Source of the DNA: Thermoproteota archaeon
GTDB taxonomy: Archaea; Thermoproteota; Bathyarchaeia; Bathyarchaeales; Bathyarchaeaceae
Assembly (NCBI GenBank): GCA_042565955.1
Contig: JBHORG010000008.1
Location: forward strand, 1,258 to 65,257
DNA length: 64,000 bases
Reading direction: 5' to 3'
Part shown: positions 58,949-64,000 of the stretch, piece after piece
Position numbering within the stretch: position 1 is the stretch's first letter
Layout of the letters: every line of letters starts with the position of its first letter
The notes under the pieces: generated by a model
Told to the model about the DNA's origin: nothing
Seen by the model: the letters and a program-made list of their open reading frames with translations, nothing else
The model's database searches: none
Translations under genes and position numbers: made by a program

Positions 58949-59371
58949 AATACTTTAACGAAGTATCATTCTGTTAAAAGTTATAAAATGTTGTTGGAAT
59001 CCACAAACCTAGGTAACAGTTTCTAGCTCTCAATAACTAGAGTGGAAAAGTGGTGAAACATGAATATAATAGGCATGCTATTTCAGGGAGTTAGTAGTTC
59101 TGTGTTAACATTTGGGATGTTTCCTATGATTTCTTTTAACTCATGAAGTTAAATGTTTTATCGAGAATATTGCATCATAATCTCTTGGGATTCAGGTTGT
59201 GAAACTTTTGTTGTGTTTCTTGATTTAACTTGAATGAATATTTAGTATGAATTAACAACAACTTTTTACATCAGATTTCGAATTGATAGCGAATTGGTGC
59301 AACAAACTTTATTAAATGAACACTTCACATCTGAATATACAGATCTCAATTTTTTCTTTAATAAAGCAAAA

Positions 59372-59532
59372 GGGGAAGAAGCTCTCAGAACCTAGAGTCG
59401 CCGTGCGCAAACGCGCAAAACAAATAATTTGGGCCAAACTCGGTTCTGGCGCAAAAGCGCCCAAGCGAGTAACTTCCCCCAACTTGGTAAGCAACAACCT
59501 TTCTACTTACCAAGTTCCCCTCTTTTTAGAGG
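59372..59532. ncRNA. candidate structured ncRNA of unknown class (GC-rich multi-helix element)
   Basis: Nested perfect helices were read from the sequence:
- GGGGAAG 59372-78 / CTTCCCC 59473-79
- CAGAACC 59386-92 / GGTTCTG 59442-48
- TGCGC-AAAC-GCGCA 59404-17
- GGCGC-AAAA-GCGCC 59448-61
- CTTGGTAAG 59483-91 / CTTACCAAG 59506-14
- CCTCT-TTTT-AGAGG 59519-32
The two track ORFs here (61 and 78 aa) look spurious. Confidence 0.4.
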
Positions 59533-59635
59533 ATATAATCAAACCTATTTAACATCAAGTCAAGGTTAGTCGATGGATTAAATATTAAAATGGTATACAT
59601 GAAAGAGTATACTGATAGTTCACGAGAGAATTGTT

Positions 59636-60202
59636 ATGTCAGGAACCCTCCGAAGCTTCTTCGCCTTCGACATTGAAGACCAAACAATAATCAGACGGCT
59701 CTCAAAAGTTCAGGGAATGTTAACCAAAGCTGGCGCCGACCTGAAACTGGTTAAATCCCAAAACATTCACCTGACAATCAGATTTCTAGGTGACATACAC
59801 CCACCAATGGTCGACGCCATCCATGAAGAAATGAAACATCTTTCATTTGAACCATTTACAATGGAACTTAAAGGCTTAAGCGCTTTCCCCAAACTTAATT
59901 ATCCACGAGTTGTCTGGGTTGGAATTAAAAAGGGCGCAAATGAACTGACAACCATTTTTGAACAGCTCGAACCTCGACTAAGAGGACTAGGATTTAAACC
60001 CGACAGCAAGGGCTTCAGTCCACACTTGACCATAGCCCGGATGAGAACAGGAAGAAACAAAGCCATACTAGCCGGGATTATCCGAGAACTGGAAAACTAC
60101 GAGTTTGGAGCATTCAAAGCTAAGTGTTTGAGGTTAAAGAAAAGCGATTTGACTCCTAGAGGACCGATATATACGAACTTGAGAGAGGTTTGCGGAGAAT
60201 AA
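59636..60202 (+). CDS. thpR: RNA 2',3'-cyclic phosphodiesterase / 2'-5' RNA ligase family (ThpR/LigT)
   Basis: 188 aa with two HxT motifs (HLTIRFLG, HLTIARM). Confidence 0.85.
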   Translation: MSGTLRSFFAFDIEDQTIIRRLSKVQGMLTKAGADLKLVKSQNIHLTIRFLGDIHPPMVDAIHEEMKHLSFEPFTMELKGLSAFPKLNYPRVVWVGIKKGANELTTIFEQLEPRLRGLGFKPDSKGFSPHLTIARMRTGRNKAILAGIIRELENYEFGAFKAKCLRLKKSDLTPRGPIYTNLREVCGE

Positions 60203-60224
60203 AATGTAACTATGGTGATTTATC

Positions 60225-61655
60225 GTGGCTTCTCTTAATGAGATACGAAAAGAAGTTCTAATTAGAGTCAATCCCAGCGAAAGCGAACGAAAAAAAGTTC
60301 ATGATTTAGCAAAAAATTTGACACAAAAAGTAAAAAAAGCGGCTAAGGACGAGTGTATGGAAGCTGACGTTAGGATAGAAGGGTCAGTGGCTAAAAACAC
60401 GTGGCTCAGAGATTCCCCCGAAATCGATATTTTCATGCAGGTTCCAACAACAATACCCAAAGAAGCTTTTGGAACCGTCTGCTTAAAAATCGCAAAAAAG
60501 GCCACTTCAGGCTACAAGCAGATTGAAAGATTTGCAGAACATCCATACATTGAAGCAATTATTGATGATGTTTGGGTGAATGTTGTTCCATGCTACAAGG
60601 TAAAACAAGGCAAATGGCTCAGCGCCACAGACAGGACACCATTTCACACAGATTACGTCATGCCTCTAGTGGATGAACAAATGGGAGAAGAAGTCAGATT
60701 ACTAAAACGATTCATGAAAGGAATAGGAGTTTACGGAGCAGAAATCAAAATTGGGGGCTTTAGTGGATACCTCTGCGAGCTCCTTGTCCTAAACTATGGC
60801 TCCTTTGTTGAAGTTCTGATGGCTACAGGAAACTGGAAAGAACAAACAGCAATAGATTATGAGGGATATTACGATGGACAAAAAGATGTAAAGAAAAATT
60901 TTGCAGAGCCTCTTGTTGTGGTTGATCCTGTGGATAAAAAAAGAAATGTTGCGGCTGCAGTCATAAAAGAAAGGCTAGATGAGTTCATAGCTGCCTCCAG
61001 AGGATTCATGAAAAATCCGGGCATACAGTTCTTTTATCCAACAGAAACTAAAGCCCTAAGCGCTACAGAATTAGTCAAGAAAATTAACGCACGAGGCTCC
61101 ACAATAGTATTAATCAAGTTTAAGGAGGCAGCAACAGTTCCTGATGTTCTCTGGGGTCAACTTTACAAAAGCCAAAGGGCAATCCGGAAAATTATGGCGC
61201 AGCATGAATTCACGGTATTCCGTGACGCTGTTTGGAGTAACGAAAAAAACTTAAACATTTTCGTCTTTGAGGTGGAAAATCGTTTCATTTCAAACATGAA
61301 ACGTCATCTAGGTCCACCAATACAAAAGAGAATAGAGTGTAACAACTTCTTGCAAAAACACGTAGGAGCGGACTCCACGGTCTCAGGACCACGAATAGAG
61401 GAGGGACGCTGGGTGGTTGATATACAGAGAAGGAACATTGATGTTGTAGAGTTGCTAAAAGAAAAACTGGGTAATGGTGTAGCCAAACTTGGTTCCAAAG
61501 TGGTTGCGTTTTCATTGGAAGTCTTGGTGAACGCTGAATCGCTGAAACTATATTTTGCACATCCTGACTTCGCCAAGTTTTTGACGGAATACCTTAAAGG
61601 AAATCCAAAATGGCTTGAAAAAAAAGAAAACGGAGTTATATTCAAATCACAATGA
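60225..61655 (+). CDS. cca: archaeal class I CCA-adding enzyme (tRNA nucleotidyltransferase)
   Basis: 476 aa with a GTG start and the motifs GSVAKNTWL...PEIDIF and ERFAEHPY. Confidence 0.95.
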   Translation: MASLNEIRKEVLIRVNPSESERKKVHDLAKNLTQKVKKAAKDECMEADVRIEGSVAKNTWLRDSPEIDIFMQVPTTIPKEAFGTVCLKIAKKATSGYKQIERFAEHPYIEAIIDDVWVNVVPCYKVKQGKWLSATDRTPFHTDYVMPLVDEQMGEEVRLLKRFMKGIGVYGAEIKIGGFSGYLCELLVLNYGSFVEVLMATGNWKEQTAIDYEGYYDGQKDVKKNFAEPLVVVDPVDKKRNVAAAVIKERLDEFIAASRGFMKNPGIQFFYPTETKALSATELVKKINARGSTIVLIKFKEAATVPDVLWGQLYKSQRAIRKIMAQHEFTVFRDAVWSNEKNLNIFVFEVENRFISNMKRHLGPPIQKRIECNNFLQKHVGADSTVSGPRIEEGRWVVDIQRRNIDVVELLKEKLGNGVAKLGSKVVAFSLEVLVNAESLKLYFAHPDFAKFLTEYLKGNPKWLEKKENGVIFKSQ

Positions 61656-61867
61656 CATGTTATTTTAGGCACCTGAACAATGTTTTCGAAAAATTGGGAG
61701 TAACCATCACAAAAGGAAATAAAAAAGACATCGACAGAACCATCCACAACATCGTTGGAATCGAATACAAGAATTGCTCAGCAACATGGAAAGAAGTAAA
61801 GAAAAGAATTGCAACAGACGAAGATAACTTTGTAAACACGCTTAAAAGTGCATTAGGAAAAAACTAA
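61652..61867 (+). CDS. small conserved hypothetical protein
   Basis: 71 aa (MTCYFRHLNNVFEKLGV...). The start overlaps the cca stop (ATGA), which suggests translational coupling. Confidence 0.45.
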   Translation: MTCYFRHLNNVFEKLGVTITKGNKKDIDRTIHNIVGIEYKNCSATWKEVKKRIATDEDNFVNTLKSALGKN

Positions 61868-61898
61868 TTGGGTTCCCATCTAGAATTCAGGTGCTTTA

Positions 61899-62660
61899 AT
61901 GACAGACACAATATTAATTGCCTTCCTGTTTTCTCTAGCAGCAGGACTATCCACGGGTCTTGGCAGCCTAGTTGCTTTCTTCATAAAAGACTTCAAACAC
62001 AGATACCTCTCTTTACTAATGGGATTCTCTGCAGGTGTCCTGATACAAATCTCATTCATGGAACTCCTTTTCTCGGCAGTAATAGAAACAGGATTCCTAA
62101 GCGCAAACATCGCCTTTTTCGTAGGGATTGCAACAATAGCGACAATAGAGTTTCTGATCCCCCATGAGTACAAAGAAGAACATTTAACAGAAAAGGAAAG
62201 GAAAAAAAAGAGGCTAATGAAGACAGGATTACTTGTCTCAGCAGGGATAGTTATTCACAATTTTCCAGAAGGTATCCTCACAATGTTTGGCACAATAAAA
62301 GACCCTCATCTGGGGCTAGTCCTTTTCATCGCTATTGCCCTCCATAACATACCTGAAGGAATCTCGGTATCGATTCCAATCTACTATGCAACAAAAAACA
62401 GAAGAAAAGCATTCCTATGGTCTTTACTCTCGGGAATATCTGAACCAATCGGAGCATTTATTGGATATTTTGTATTATTCCCATTCATAACCCCGTTGGT
62501 ACTCAATTTGGCACTTGCTTTTGTTGCAGGAATAATGGTCTTCATAAGTTTCGACGAGTTACTACCACTCTCCCTAAGTCATGGAGAAGCACACCTTGCA
62601 ATAACAAGCCTCTTTTTAGGCATGCTCACAATGACCGCGGTTCTATTCACTTTAGGATAA
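61899..62660 (+). CDS. zupT: ZIP-family zinc transporter
   Basis: 253 aa with about 8 TM segments and the ZIP signature HNFPEG / HNIPEG. Confidence 0.9.
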   Translation: MTDTILIAFLFSLAAGLSTGLGSLVAFFIKDFKHRYLSLLMGFSAGVLIQISFMELLFSAVIETGFLSANIAFFVGIATIATIEFLIPHEYKEEHLTEKERKKKRLMKTGLLVSAGIVIHNFPEGILTMFGTIKDPHLGLVLFIAIALHNIPEGISVSIPIYYATKNRRKAFLWSLLSGISEPIGAFIGYFVLFPFITPLVLNLALAFVAGIMVFISFDELLPLSLSHGEAHLAITSLFLGMLTMTAVLFTLG

Positions 62661-62934
62661 AAGATCTAGACTACCGAATGAAGGATTATGTGACATCTTT
62701 CGCAGTTCCCATTTTCCAATTTAGGAACAATGAATGCAATATATGTTGCTTGTCAAGTTATGAAGATGTTAAAATGTGTCTTGGAATTTGAATAACACAG
62801 TCTTTTAGCTCAATAATAATAATGGGTGAGTTCCAAGAGTCCGCAGTTTTAGTATTTATCAAACTTGTTGTTTTTTTCAGTTTTTGTAGCAGATAGCCCA
62901 AAGAAGGTGTTATCGTTTGGAGTTGCAATTGATG

Positions 62935-63327
62935 TCAGATAGAACTCGTAGTGTTAACTTTAAGTTGATCATTAATCTTGTTGAAATGTAGGCGGTTCAT
63001 TCCAAATTCGTTAAGTCTATTGCATATTTGGTACAGTGATTCTTCTGCACCATTCAACAGGCTTTGTCCATCTACTGTTAGGGAATATACTTTTCTTGGG
63101 CGGTCATGGGTTAGGTCCCATTTACTTTTGATGTTACCTTCTTTTTCAAGTTCATTTAGCATTGGGTAAACGGTGCTCGGACCGAAATAAACCCCGAAAG
63201 TTCGGCGAATACTTGTGATAATTCCATATCCATGAATTGATTTTTCCTTCAATAAGCCTAGGACAACTAGGTCAAGGAGTCCTCTAACGAGTTTAATTTC
63301 AGCTTTTCTTATTGTTTGGGGGTTCAT
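62935..63327 (-). CDS. PadR-family transcriptional regulator
   Basis: 130 aa with the wHTH pattern LLDLVVLGLLKEKSIHGYGI...GPSTVYPMLNELEKEGNI. Confidence 0.85.
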   Translation of the reverse strand: MNPQTIRKAEIKLVRGLLDLVVLGLLKEKSIHGYGIITSIRRTFGVYFGPSTVYPMLNELEKEGNIKSKWDLTHDRPRKVYSLTVDGQSLLNGAEESLYQICNRLNEFGMNRLHFNKINDQLKVNTTSSI

Positions 63328-63864
63328 TTTTTTATCATCCTATTGTAGTTATGTTATACACTCATACAATATGTCGTTTTCAAGACATATTATTAATATT
63401 ATAACAATTCAAACCCTGATTTAAAGGTAAATGTGACAACCAACAATATCAAAGCATATCAAGGACACGAAACACCAATCCACAAAACATAAAAATTAAC
63501 AAAAAAACAGCAATAACCGAAAGAAATCAACAAAAAGAATGAGCAGTAAACACAAAAGAACAGCAACTAATCAATCTGTAGAACACAAACGAAGGAAATA
63601 TAAAAAACCATTTTTTCCAGCCACAAAAATGGGCGCACCTCAATCAAGCGACCGATAACAATACTATTGGCCAGATAATCAAAAAACGCGTTCGTGTTCA
63701 TGGCTAGATTCGAATCCCGTCCACAGCGAATATAGCAGCCTTACAACTCATTATTATTGATTGGCTTGTGATTGGAATTAAACAGTAATAAGAGGAAAAG
63801 GCCATAAATATTGAAAATTCATAGAAATTCCATATAGTAACCATCAATATAAAGAGGCAAAAAA

Positions 63865-64000
63865 ATGAAAAAGTTAGTTGTGTACTATTTTAGAACAGAA
63901 AATACGAAGTTTGTAGCCGAAAAAATTGCAGAAAAACTTGACGCTGATTTATCTAAAGTAATAGATAAGAAAAAGAGAGAAGGAAAACTGAACTTTTTGA
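63865..64000 (+). CDS. flavodoxin-like protein, N-terminal part (runs off right edge)
   Basis: Hand-translated as MKKLVVYYFRTENTKFVAEKIAEKLDADL..., preceded by an AGAGG-like RBS. It is too short for a firm call. Confidence 0.5.
   Translation, partial: MKKLVVYYFRTENTKFVAEKIAEKLDADLSKVIDKKKREGKLNFL

Noticed and set aside
59312-59552. Track ORFs of 61 aa (-) and 78 aa (+) covering the GC-rich structured element
   Set aside because: Both strands are open across the same palindromic helices. The products are basic and low-complexity with no motifs. An RNA element is the better explanation.
1-64000. CRISPR arrays, rRNA genes, intact IS elements or transposases, integrases, and known defence systems (RM, TA, Cas and similar)
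   Set aside because: I saw no regularly spaced direct repeats, no rRNA-like GC-rich blocks, and no ORFs with transposase, integrase, nuclease or methylase signatures. This absence rests on visual inspection only.

Overview
This window is an AT-rich, densely coded archaeal chromosome segment with about 60 genes. No CRISPR array, rRNA gene or intact mobile element was seen.

Content falls into four groups:
- Information-processing genes: top6A/top6B, the Rio1 / KH-protein / DUF424 / aIF2-beta cluster, rpoB-rpoA-L30e-nusA, a Trm11-like methyltransferase, RNase Z, ThpR, the CCA-adding enzyme and 3 tRNAs.
- A roughly 23-kb anaerobic redox block (6.7-30.1 kb): a MoaD-like protein, tungsten-type aldehyde:ferredoxin oxidoreductase plus ferredoxin, a hydrogenase maturation protease, hdrB, hdrC, an NfnAB/SudAB-like pair, a double-MvhD polyferredoxin, hypFCBAD, hypE, a polyferredoxin and an HdrA-MvhD fusion.
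- Small functional pairs: cobZ-like/cobT, arsM/acr3, and HMG-CoA reductase/prs.
- Housekeeping genes: thrC, two radical-SAM proteins, a GPN GTPase, CinA-like, ZupT and PadR.

The unsplit rpoA and rpoB together with the Hdr/AOR/hyp content suggest a TACK-type, Bathyarchaeia-like anaerobe. That placement is an inference, not a database result.

The most interesting observations are:
1. hdrCB lacks hdrA and sits next to an Nfn-type flavoprotein pair and a duplicated MvhD-polyferredoxin.
2. A full hyp kit, a maturation protease and three MvhD domains are present, but no hydrogenase structural genes.
3. A 4.8-kb low-density accessory wedge splits hypD from hypE. It contains small wHTH-like ORFs, gene remnants and a GC-rich patch.
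4. A GC-rich, multi-helix candidate ncRNA of about 160 nt lies inside an RNA-maturation gene neighbourhood.
5. The tRNA-Lys carries a roughly 20-nt insertion in the D-loop, a non-canonical intron position.
6. Top6B carries a tandemly duplicated H2TH domain.
7. rpoA is fused (A'+A''), with no rpoH upstream of rpoB.

All calls rest on hand reading of motifs. No searches were run, and hand-derived coordinates may be off by about 1 nt.
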